DNA from: a virus
Virus record (IMG/VR): IMGVR_UViG_3300033146_004974
Span: 1 to 64,000 of that record
Length of the DNA: 64,000 nt
Reading direction: 5' to 3' (one strand)
In this document: piece by piece, positions 19,493 through 27,524 of the stretch
Layout of the letters: every line of letters begins with the position of its first letter
Position numbering within the stretch: the first letter of the stretch is position 1
The notes under the pieces: generated by a model
Seen by the model: the letters and a program-made list of their open reading frames with translations, nothing else
Databases searched by the model: none
Told to the model about the DNA's origin: nothing
Translations under genes and position numbers: made by a program

Positions 19493-19732
19493 ATGGGGAT
19501 AGACCAGAGGACCATACAGATGAACCGGAAGACACAAAGAGATATTGAGCAACTTTTCGAGGAGAGACTTCGACGATACCTCACCCGCGAATTGTTGCCA
19601 CTGTACGGGATAAAATTATACAACCAGCCAATCTTCCTCAAATTGAAGCTAGATAAATCTATTGTCTGCGAGGTGTACACGGCTCTGATGAAGATGCACG
19701 AGGCACGAATATCTTCCTGCGAGGACAAATGA
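19493..19732 (+). CDS. hypothetical 79-aa protein in the inserted segment
   Basis: ORF fills the insert; visibly more GC-rich than its flanks. Confidence 0.5.
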   Translation: MGIDQRTIQMNRKTQRDIEQLFEERLRRYLTRELLPLYGIKLYNQPIFLKLKLDKSIVCEVYTALMKMHEARISSCEDK

Positions 19733-19867
19733 TGGAGCAATCAATTGGGTTGAAAAACAGGAAGACAAATTCGCAGAGTTGTACAAAACAAGCGATTTGC
19801 CAAACAAGCCCAATAGAAAAAGGCTTGACAAATTGTGTTGCGAAATCGTTGAAGAAATGTTGGAGAA

Positions 19868-20530
19868 ATGATGAATAGCATTGATTGGGAGAGGTCAATT
19901 GAAAACCTTTTGAGGACAATTTCAAAGGAGATCCCAGAATTTGAAATTGTTGAAAAGGAAAAAAGTTGGTTCATGAAGTTTTTGTCAATTCTTCTGTTTT
20001 TTAACAAAAACTTCATGAAGATGACAACAACGATTGGAAACAAAGTTTATATTCCAAAGGAGGTGAATGAAGGAGAAAGAAAAAGGGCATTTGCTATTCT
20101 TGCGCACGAATTTGCGCATTTGCGTGATTTCAAAGAGGGGAAGCTTTCATTTTCTTACGGTTATTTGTCGTCACAAATTGATTTTATTTTCTTTCTCCCA
20201 TTCATTATGATATCATTTGCGGCACATGAGCCGATCTTGGCGTTTTGGTTATTGTCAATTGGCCTTTTTAAACTTCTCCCCGGTTCTTTTTTTCGTTCGC
20301 AAGCGGAAGTGCGCGGATATGTGGCGAATAGTCTGGTTAACGAATTAGTTTATGGCTATAGAACTGATTTTGATGTGCTTTGGGACAAGACTTTTCTTTC
20401 ATGGAAATATTACAAGATGGGAGTAGGATGCGACAAAGAATATTTCCGAATATATTTCAATCATTTGCATGATACGGACCACTATACTTATATCAAAGAA
20501 TCATTATGCGTGATAGAGGGTGTTTTATAG
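19868..20530 (+). CDS. putative membrane zincin metallopeptidase
   Basis: LAHEFAH (HExxH), downstream AEVRGY, hydrophobic segments. Confidence 0.65.
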   Translation: MMNSIDWERSIENLLRTISKEIPEFEIVEKEKSWFMKFLSILLFFNKNFMKMTTTIGNKVYIPKEVNEGERKRAFAILAHEFAHLRDFKEGKLSFSYGYLSSQIDFIFFLPFIMISFAAHEPILAFWLLSIGLFKLLPGSFFRSQAEVRGYVANSLVNELVYGYRTDFDVLWDKTFLSWKYYKMGVGCDKEYFRIYFNHLHDTDHYTYIKESLCVIEGVL

Positions 20531-20727
20531 CAACTTCTTCAGAGAAGTTTTTTCTCAAAACAAAACTTGATAGAAAAATATTGATTAAGCTTTTTTCAAT
20601 TTTTTACGAATATGACAGGAGTATTTATGTCTCAATTGGAGTGAATATAACTCCAAAGAATTATCAAGTGTTGACAACAGATGAGTTATTTCCAGATTTA
20701 ACACCTTATTTGAGCGAAGGAGAATAA
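20506..20727 (+). CDS. hypothetical protein
   Basis: Fills the gap; start uncertain. Confidence 0.4.
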   Translation: MRDRGCFIATSSEKFFLKTKLDRKILIKLFSIFYEYDRSIYVSIGVNITPKNYQVLTTDELFPDLTPYLSEGE

Positions 20728-20728
20728 A

Positions 20729-21226
20729 ATGGACTTCAAGACAATTATGCAAACTGCACCAATGGAACTTGTCAATAAAGTTGAAGCATTGAAGGATGTT
20801 AAGGAAAGCAATATTCATCATCCTGAAATGAATGCTTATCAGCACACAATGATTGTGGTTGATCGACTTGACAAAACAAGGGATAAGAATTTAATTCTCA
20901 GTGCCTTTTTCCATGATATGGGAAAAGTTGGCACTAAAAAGAAGATCAACAACATTGTTGGAGAAATATTCGTCAATCATGACAGAATTTCTTCTGAACT
21001 TGTAAACAAATTTTCGAAATTTGTTCGAAGAATGAAAGCTGATCCAGAGATTGTTTCGAAAATTGTGAAGCACCATATGCAAATGAAGTTTTTTCACAGC
21101 TTAACGAAGGAACAAAGATCTCTTTTGAAGGAAGATGCTGAACTGTTCCGTATGATGGTCATTTTTCGTGAAGCAAATGATATGACAAGAGAATTCAATG
21201 TTCGCAGCTTTCATGAGTACCGATGA
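20729..21226 (+). CDS. stand-alone HD-domain phosphohydrolase
   Basis: HHPEMNAYQHT, FFHDMGK, HHM; same pattern as the HD domain of the CCA enzyme at 57062. Confidence 0.8.
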   Translation: MDFKTIMQTAPMELVNKVEALKDVKESNIHHPEMNAYQHTMIVVDRLDKTRDKNLILSAFFHDMGKVGTKKKINNIVGEIFVNHDRISSELVNKFSKFVRRMKADPEIVSKIVKHHMQMKFFHSLTKEQRSLLKEDAELFRMMVIFREANDMTREFNVRSFHEYR

Positions 21227-22185
21227 GATATTTAATCGTCGATATGACGAATCAATTTATTCGCTCTTGGATTGTCGCGCCACAATTGGACAATGATGGG
21301 AGACCGATTGGTGGCGTAATTGGTTCGTTGCAAATCATTCAAAAGGTGATTAAAAAAACCGTTCCTGATCGTGTTATAATCGTTTGGGATGAAAAGGGAG
21401 GTTCTGATAAGCGAAAAGCTATCAATGAGAATTACAAAGGCAACAGAGGATTCCTCAAGCCATTGCACAGCGGTTCTATGACGAATAAAGAAATTATGTC
21501 AAACCGTTTTTGGCAAGAGGATAGAGTGAGGGAATATTTAAGTGCCTTACCATTTTTGCAATTTAAGTTTGCAGGGGTTGAAGCAGATGATGTGATTGCT
21601 CAAATTAAAAACCGTTTGCCAGATGATGAAAAAATCATCATGTCAGCGGACCATGATATGTTTCAATTGTTGGATAAAAAGACGTTGGTTTATAAACCGA
21701 CTCCTAGAAAAACAATTGAAGACAAAATGTTGAACACGTTCGACATGATTAAAGAATATGGAATTCATCCGAATAATTTTGCTTTGGCAAAAGCAGTTGC
21801 AGGAGATAATTCAGACAACATTAAGGGAATCAAACGGGTCGGTTTTAAAACGTTGCTGAAAGAATTCCCAGAATTTTCTAAATCAGAAGAAATAAGTGCT
21901 GCGAAGCTTGTTGCAATGGCAAATGAGAAGAGGAAGACATCAAAGAAAAAGATTTTCGAAAATCTTGCGGAGAATTTAGAGCTGCTTGAGGAGAATTATT
22001 CCATCATTCAGTTGAAGAATCCTTACACAACAGATCATATCGAATTTGAATTTAAAGATCTTCGTGAAAAGGAGGTAAGATTTGATAAGAATCGTTTCCT
22101 TTCGATGTTTGAAAATGATAAAATTAAGGAGATGTTTTATATAACCTTGATCAAAGCATGTGATAGAATTATCAAGGCTATATAG
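21223..22185 (+). CDS. 5'-3' exonuclease / flap endonuclease (T4 RNase H-like)
   Basis: LIVD, NYKGNR, EADDVIA, SADHD, GDNSDNIKGIKRVG. Confidence 0.92.
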   Translation: MRYLIVDMTNQFIRSWIVAPQLDNDGRPIGGVIGSLQIIQKVIKKTVPDRVIIVWDEKGGSDKRKAINENYKGNRGFLKPLHSGSMTNKEIMSNRFWQEDRVREYLSALPFLQFKFAGVEADDVIAQIKNRLPDDEKIIMSADHDMFQLLDKKTLVYKPTPRKTIEDKMLNTFDMIKEYGIHPNNFALAKAVAGDNSDNIKGIKRVGFKTLLKEFPEFSKSEEISAAKLVAMANEKRKTSKKKIFENLAENLELLEENYSIIQLKNPYTTDHIEFEFKDLREKEVRFDKNRFLSMFENDKIKEMFYITLIKACDRIIKAI

Positions 22186-22204
22186 ATTTTACAAGGAGTG
22201 CAAG

Positions 22205-22393
22205 ATGAGTGTAAAAGAACAAGATTTGGTGAAGATTATAAATAAAATTTTGAAACGTGGTGAAAGAAGCATAGCTATCCCAGCGGATAAGCAAGATGTG
22301 ATTGTTGAACATTTTGAGGGAAAAGGCTGGGAGGTTTCAAAAAACGGATTGCTTTTGGAATTCAAAGGTAGACAAACTCTTCTTCTAGACTAA
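22205..22393 (+). CDS. hypothetical protein
   Basis: SD AGGAG. Confidence 0.55.
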   Translation: MSVKEQDLVKIINKILKRGERSIAIPADKQDVIVEHFEGKGWEVSKNGLLLEFKGRQTLLLD

Positions 22394-22402
22394 AAGGTCA
22401 CA

Positions 22403-22720
22403 ATGAGTGAAAGGAAGAAACTTGAATTTCTTTTGAAGGCTGCTGCTGGTGAAGAAACGCTAGGAAAAAGTGCAGCAACAATGTTGGCAGTTGCGATGGG
22501 GATTCACATTGTGTCTCATCATCCTTTGGATTCAGGAGATTTGGGAAGGTGCATCAAAATTGTTCAAATGTTCCCAGAAATCGAAGATTCATTTGAGGCT
22601 CTGAAAAATCTTCCTCATTGGGAGTCGATTATCGAGAATTGGGGCAAATTAGTAAAAGAAATGCGCTCCTTAAATGGAACGTATGCGTATTTGAATAATG
22701 GAGAACTGATTAGGACCTAA
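22403..22720 (+). CDS. hypothetical phage protein
   Basis: G.S..TM, HPLDSGDLGRC motif. Confidence 0.65.
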   Translation: MSERKKLEFLLKAAAGEETLGKSAATMLAVAMGIHIVSHHPLDSGDLGRCIKIVQMFPEIEDSFEALKNLPHWESIIENWGKLVKEMRSLNGTYAYLNNGELIRT

Positions 22721-22721
22721 A

Positions 22722-22898
22722 ATGGCTAAAAAGAACAAGAAAGAAGATTTGAAGAAACGTGATCCATTTGCTTATCAACTCATTTTTAGAACGGGGAAGG
22801 GCGGTCATAAGGACAAGAGGAAAAAGGGTTCAAAAAAGCAACAAGCTCAAAGAATGATTGATGATGCTTTGGAAGATGAGTGGGAAGATGACGAATAA
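22722..22898 (+). CDS. small basic/acidic protein, possibly ArfA-like
   Basis: Translated by hand (58 aa, not in the ORF track): MAKKNKKEDLKKRDPFAYQLIFRTGKGGHKDKRKKGSKKQQAQRMIDDALEDEWEDDE. Confidence 0.6.
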   Translation: MAKKNKKEDLKKRDPFAYQLIFRTGKGGHKDKRKKGSKKQQAQRMIDDALEDEWEDDE

Positions 22899-23394
22899 AG
22901 AACAACAAAGAGAGTTTATTTATCATATTGTAGCATTGGAGGGGCCAATTGCGAGAAGTGAACTTGTGAAGTTAGGTGAGAAGGCAGGATTAAAGGTCTC
23001 AGAAATAAACGCTTCTGTTAGGCACTTAACTGAAAACAATCATTTATTATTTAATAGCGAAATGCGTTTAGAGTGCAAGAAAGAAATTGTTAAGCACAGT
23101 GCTGAATTTGAGTGTTATGATTCGGTAAAGGAAATTCTTGTCAAAAGCTCTTTTCTTTACGAGGAGGTTGATGATAAAATTTTTGTCACTCTTGATTCAT
23201 CAAGATTCAAACATGATGAACTGGAAAGAACAATTTTCAAAAAACTAAGAGAAGTTATGCCTCATCGTTTTAAGAAAAATAAGGGAAAGTATTACAGATT
23301 GTCGCGTTCCATTCCTGCATCTTCTGGCACAAGAAGATATGAACTCTATTCAGAGGATATTTCTGCAATTATTCCGAAAAAGTTTGCTGTTTGA
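22888..23394 (+). CDS. hypothetical protein with possible N-terminal winged HTH
   Basis: GPIARSELVKL..VSEINASVRHLTENNHL. Confidence 0.5.
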   Translation: MTNKEQQREFIYHIVALEGPIARSELVKLGEKAGLKVSEINASVRHLTENNHLLFNSEMRLECKKEIVKHSAEFECYDSVKEILVKSSFLYEEVDDKIFVTLDSSRFKHDELERTIFKKLREVMPHRFKKNKGKYYRLSRSIPASSGTRRYELYSEDISAIIPKKFAV

Positions 23395-23446
23395 AACTCG
23401 AAAGATTAGCGTGAGGCTTGACAAACACGACTAAACAGGGTATGCT
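23391..23446 (+). promoter_or_regulatory. phage promoter family member
   Basis: TTGAAAC 27 nt before TTGACA-N17-TATGCT. Confidence 0.75.
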
Positions 23447-23467
23447 GAAGGCACATTGGAGGGGATT

Positions 23468-23854
23468 ATGAGTGAGAAGACACAAATCGAACACCCTGAT
23501 TATTATAATCAGGGCAACATTGAAGTCATTGACGCCATCAATGATTGGAAATTGAATTTTAATCTTGGGAACACCGTCAAATACATTGTCAGGAAAGATT
23601 TTAAAGGCAATGACCCAATTGATGAATTGGAAAAAGCACTTTTTTATTTGAAGTACGAAATTAAAATGCTTGAGCAAATGCGTGATGGTCTTGGTAAAAT
23701 TATCAAAGTTGATAAGGGAGTTGGCGATGAAAAAGTTGTTGCTCTTTTGAAGAAGAGTATTGAAGAAGGTAATTTGACTCCACAAGAGGTTAACGATTTT
23801 TTTGAAATGAACGAAAGTCTGCCGGAACTTCCTGAAGAAGTGGAGGAAATTTGA
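23468..23854 (+). CDS. DUF3310-like protein
   Basis: HPDYY..GNIEVIDAI..NFNLGNTVKYI.R..K..DELEKALFYL. Confidence 0.85.
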   Translation: MSEKTQIEHPDYYNQGNIEVIDAINDWKLNFNLGNTVKYIVRKDFKGNDPIDELEKALFYLKYEIKMLEQMRDGLGKIIKVDKGVGDEKVVALLKKSIEEGNLTPQEVNDFFEMNESLPELPEEVEEI

Positions 23855-23951
23855 TGCAATATCTGCTAGACATTACTCATATCTTTTTCAGCAAAAGGAC
23901 AAGAAAATGGGTTCAATATGATCTAGCATATTGGAGGGCAATCGGGAAAAG

Positions 23952-24323
23952 ATGAGTGTCTACGATTTAGAACATGCTTTAAGAATCTTGCATGAAGGAG
24001 GTGACACATATTATAATCCAAAAAGGATTTTCAGAAGGGATTTAAATATTATTTTAAAGCCTAGAGTGAAAATCGATTCTATCCAACTTCAGAAGTACAA
24101 AGTTGATGATATCATTTTATGTGAAGTTGGTGGAGTTACAAGAATAGCCAAATGTTTACAATACAGTTGGCTTGAAAAGAAAACAATTTTTTCTACAACC
24201 ATATATGCGATTTTGGCCGGGAATGATAAGGTTATATACGGATGGACTAACCGCATATATGGTTTGCTAAACGAACGATACTATTCAAAAATAGAGAGGA
24301 ATGATGAGAGAAGTAGGAATTGA
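23952..24323 (+). CDS. hypothetical protein
   Basis: ORF in operon. Confidence 0.55.
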   Translation: MSVYDLEHALRILHEGGDTYYNPKRIFRRDLNIILKPRVKIDSIQLQKYKVDDIILCEVGGVTRIAKCLQYSWLEKKTIFSTTIYAILAGNDKVIYGWTNRIYGLLNERYYSKIERNDERSRN

Positions 24324-24558
24324 TACAATCATTGAAGAAGGGGTGGCACGTTTTTCTGGCTACAACAAAGGCTTTTGGCATTTTGTAGTCGAGTGGCGAG
24401 GGAGCTTTTATGCTTTCCGAATCCATGGGAAAGATTTGAGCGAAGCAAAGTTCAACCACAAAATGCCAGCGAAGTTCTATGAAAAATTCATCAGAAGTGA
24501 GTGGATTAACAAACTCATGTCTGATAGGAAACTGAAGACTGTCCAATTTGACATTTAA
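24301..24558 (+). CDS. hypothetical protein
   Basis: SD GAGGA. Confidence 0.55.
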   Translation: MMREVGIDTIIEEGVARFSGYNKGFWHFVVEWRGSFYAFRIHGKDLSEAKFNHKMPAKFYEKFIRSEWINKLMSDRKLKTVQFDI

Positions 24559-24579
24559 TTCCCTCCACAAGAATCATCC

Positions 24580-24607
24580 AAGGCAGAGTCATTCTGCCTT
24601 TTTTTTT
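24580..24607 (+). terminator. intrinsic terminator
   Basis: AAGGCAGA-GTCAT-TCTGCCTT plus T tract. Confidence 0.8.
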
Positions 24608-24617
24608 GAGGATTTAC

Positions 24618-25565
24618 ATGCGCGAATTTAAAAAGCCAGATGTTGTCATGGCACTAACCCTAAACATCAACAATCCTTGGAGTAGGATTGTTATCAAATC
24701 GGCTGTTGTTAACGATAGTCCACTTTATTCAGTTAGAAAATCTCAGCTTGATTACGAATTTGGTGAGAAGTTTTTAGCGGCGGAAACTGAAGAGGAAAAA
24801 GAAGAGATTCGCCAAGAGGCCATCGAGAAGATTCATTGCTTACTCAACCACAAAGGCGAAAATCGAAGGAAGTATGTCATTGCCAGAACTGCACTCATTT
24901 TTTATGATGAAGCAACGACAAGTAGGTTTTTAGATTGGTTTGAGGAATGGGAAAAAGAATTCGGAAGGGAGACGGCACTTGTTGCAAAATCTCCTTATTT
25001 CAAATTTGAGAAGTACCGCGTCAATGTTTCTATTATGTTGACAACAGAAGAGTACAAACAATTTATTGAAGATTTCCCTTGGCAAGCATATGTGAGAGTT
25101 TACAAGGAATGGTTGCCGAGTGAAGGGCCTGAAATAGAATGGGATGGGGATTATATGGATGAAAGGTACATGCTTTGGGATTCATCAAAACCAGAGTTTG
25201 AACCGGAAAAAGTTGTCCCAATGGTAGAGGAGAAATACGAATGGTACGAGAAACCTGATTTAGCGCTCCCTGATGGATATGATCCAAGAGGGTTGAAGTT
25301 TTCAAAGCAGGTGACGAATCTTGAAGCAACTTATTACAATGCTGTTAAGCAAGAGAAGAAAGAGGATCTCCTTGAACTCTTGAAGACTTCTTTAAAGCGA
25401 AAGAAGGCGGCTAATGAGATTAACGAACTTATTTCAAAAAATTACGACAACTACCTCTCATCTGATGGTGATTTGCTATCTGATTTAAACAAACTTGAAC
25501 CAAAACCTTCCAAGAAAACTGTTGAGAAAGTTATAGAACTTTTTAAGGAATTCAATGAAAGCTGA
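24618..25565 (+). CDS. hypothetical protein
   Basis: Long ORF, SD GAGGA, overlaps helicase start. Confidence 0.7.
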   Translation: MREFKKPDVVMALTLNINNPWSRIVIKSAVVNDSPLYSVRKSQLDYEFGEKFLAAETEEEKEEIRQEAIEKIHCLLNHKGENRRKYVIARTALIFYDEATTSRFLDWFEEWEKEFGRETALVAKSPYFKFEKYRVNVSIMLTTEEYKQFIEDFPWQAYVRVYKEWLPSEGPEIEWDGDYMDERYMLWDSSKPEFEPEKVVPMVEEKYEWYEKPDLALPDGYDPRGLKFSKQVTNLEATYYNAVKQEKKEDLLELLKTSLKRKKAANEINELISKNYDNYLSSDGDLLSDLNKLEPKPSKKTVEKVIELFKEFNES

Positions 25566-26904
25566 TTTTGACAGAATTTTCCAAGAGAAATTGGTCCAGA
25601 TAGTTTTTTTTGACCACAAATTTGCAACTCAAATCGAAGAATTGATTAAATTTGATTATTTTGATTTGGAGCATCTTAGTGGATTCATGAGGATTTTTTA
25701 TTCTTATAAAAAAGAATATGGGATCTTTCCTCAAAGTATTCTGTTTGGTTCAATTTTGAAGCTTGAAATGCCGAAGAAGACAAATGACGACATTATTGTC
25801 CGGGATAAGGCATTGGCATTTCTGGAGACGATTAAAGACAACAAACCAATCGAGGAAGAAAAATATATTAAAGATAAATTTCTGGATTTCGTTAAAAATA
25901 AGGCGTTGATCGAAACATTCCAAGAGTGCATCCCATTGATTGAGCGAAACGAAGTTGAGACAATTCGCGATAAAATTGGCGAAGTACTCAAAATGGGGAT
26001 TGATCAAAATTTTGGCCACGATTATTTCAACGATTTTGAAGACAGGTATAGAGCAAATTCAAGGGAGGTTATTTCTACTGGTTGGAAAGAAATTGACGCA
26101 ATAACAAAGGGTGGGCTTGCGAAGAAGGAATTGAGCGTCATCATTGGTTCAACGGGGAGTGGGAAATCTTTTTTGTTGACTCATCTTGTAGCAGAAGCAG
26201 TCAAACAAGGTTTGAATGCAATTTACTATTCTTTTGAACTTTCAGAAGGTGTAATTGGGCAAAGAATTGATGGAAAATTGAGTGGTATTGCCCTAGATTT
26301 GCTGGAGTATAAAAAAGATGTTGTCGAATCGAAGATTAACAACATTTTCAGTAAAACTGGAGCAATTCTTGTCATAAAAGATTATCCACAATTTTCTGTG
26401 ACTGTTCAAACGCTTAAAAATCATATTCATCGCCTTAAATCTGTTAAGAATTTCTACCCAGATTTGGTTGCGGTTGATTATGGAGATCTTTTAAAGGGCA
26501 GAGATGATTCTTTTGAGGCTACAAGGCACAATTTGAAGCGCAATTTTGATATGCTTCGGAATATGGCTGCTGAATTGAATATTGCTGTTGTAACAGCAAC
26601 GCAAACGAATAGAAAAGGGTTGACACAAAAAGTTGTAACACTTGAGGATATTAGCGAAAGTTATGGCAAAACACAGAATGCTGATTTGATTGTGACAATT
26701 TCCAGAACTCTTGAAGATAAAGAAGAGAATACTGGAAGGATGTTAGTGGCAAAGAATCGCAACGGGCCAGATGGAATTGTTTTTCCAATGGAGATTGACT
26801 ATGGACATTCGGTAATAAATGTGTTAGAAAGACAGACGGGAGCAGTTTCAAAGCGGATTGATATGGACAAGATCCAGGATGCAATTCGTGGAAGAAAAAA
26901 ATGA
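25555..26904 (+). CDS. replicative DNA helicase (DnaB/gp41-like)
   Basis: Walker A GSTGSGKS, YSFEL, VDYGDL, TATQTNR, AKNRNG. Confidence 0.95.
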   Translation: MKADFDRIFQEKLVQIVFFDHKFATQIEELIKFDYFDLEHLSGFMRIFYSYKKEYGIFPQSILFGSILKLEMPKKTNDDIIVRDKALAFLETIKDNKPIEEEKYIKDKFLDFVKNKALIETFQECIPLIERNEVETIRDKIGEVLKMGIDQNFGHDYFNDFEDRYRANSREVISTGWKEIDAITKGGLAKKELSVIIGSTGSGKSFLLTHLVAEAVKQGLNAIYYSFELSEGVIGQRIDGKLSGIALDLLEYKKDVVESKINNIFSKTGAILVIKDYPQFSVTVQTLKNHIHRLKSVKNFYPDLVAVDYGDLLKGRDDSFEATRHNLKRNFDMLRNMAAELNIAVVTATQTNRKGLTQKVVTLEDISESYGKTQNADLIVTISRTLEDKEENTGRMLVAKNRNGPDGIVFPMEIDYGHSVINVLERQTGAVSKRIDMDKIQDAIRGRKK

Positions 26905-26917
26905 GATTGCTCTCTGG

Positions 26918-26990
26918 GGGACTCTAGCTTAATGGTTAAAGCACCTGACTCATAATCAGTAGATTCTGAGTTCGAATCTCAGGAGTCCCA
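26918..26990 (+). tRNA. tRNA with CAT anticodon (elongator Met or Ile2), CCA not encoded
   Basis: GGGACTC/GAGTCCC acceptor stem, CTGA-CTCATAA-TCAG arm, TTCGAAT T loop; G1:C72 pair argues against initiator. Confidence 0.9.
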
Positions 26991-27000
26991 TGGAGGAAAA

Positions 27001-27429
27001 ATGAAAAATTTTAACAAAGAGTTTTTTGCATGTCAGGAATGCAATTTGAAAGAGGTTTTTGATTATTCTAAAATGAATGAAAAACCTTATTTTACAAGAA
27101 ATGGAGAAATGTTTTGTTACAAACACTTGATTCATAGAATTGAAAAAGATAATTTTCAACAATTTGTTGAAAAGGTCATTAGAACAGAATTTTTAACAAC
27201 AGAAATAATGAGTCAGACAATTTACTTTGTCGAAGAGAAATTACGCATCATCAAAGAAGAAATTGCTGACTTTCTGCAATCATCTCTCATTTTTCAGCAG
27301 AAAATGCAAAAATTTCGCGAACTCGAATTTAACACGCACGCTTGGTTGAGCCGTGAACAATTATCTTTTTATCGTGAAAGGCATTGTGCTTATTTTGAAG
27401 CAATATTAACTGCTTATAAAATTTGTTAA
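27001..27429 (+). CDS. hypothetical protein, N-terminal CxxC
   Basis: SD GGAGG; CQEC...CYKH. Confidence 0.6.
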   Translation: MKNFNKEFFACQECNLKEVFDYSKMNEKPYFTRNGEMFCYKHLIHRIEKDNFQQFVEKVIRTEFLTTEIMSQTIYFVEEKLRIIKEEIADFLQSSLIFQQKMQKFRELEFNTHAWLSREQLSFYRERHCAYFEAILTAYKIC

Positions 27430-27524
27430 AAAACTTGTTTTTCGCAGATTGAAATGCCTCAACTGTTTTAAAAACGAAACGGTATTTAAAAAACCTAATG
27501 TGATTGTAAGGGAGTTCGAGATAA

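Larger units (their letters stand above)
19196..20019 (+). repeat. ~280-bp diverged direct repeat (19196-19474 / 19740-20019) flanking a 265-bp insert
   Basis: Direct sequence comparison; covers the NTase 3' end and the next gene's 5' end. Confidence 0.92.

Noticed and set aside
19196-20019. Diversity-generating retroelement TR/VR pair
   Set aside because: Mismatches are not adenine-specific (many C/T changes in both directions) and no reverse transcriptase is present in the window.
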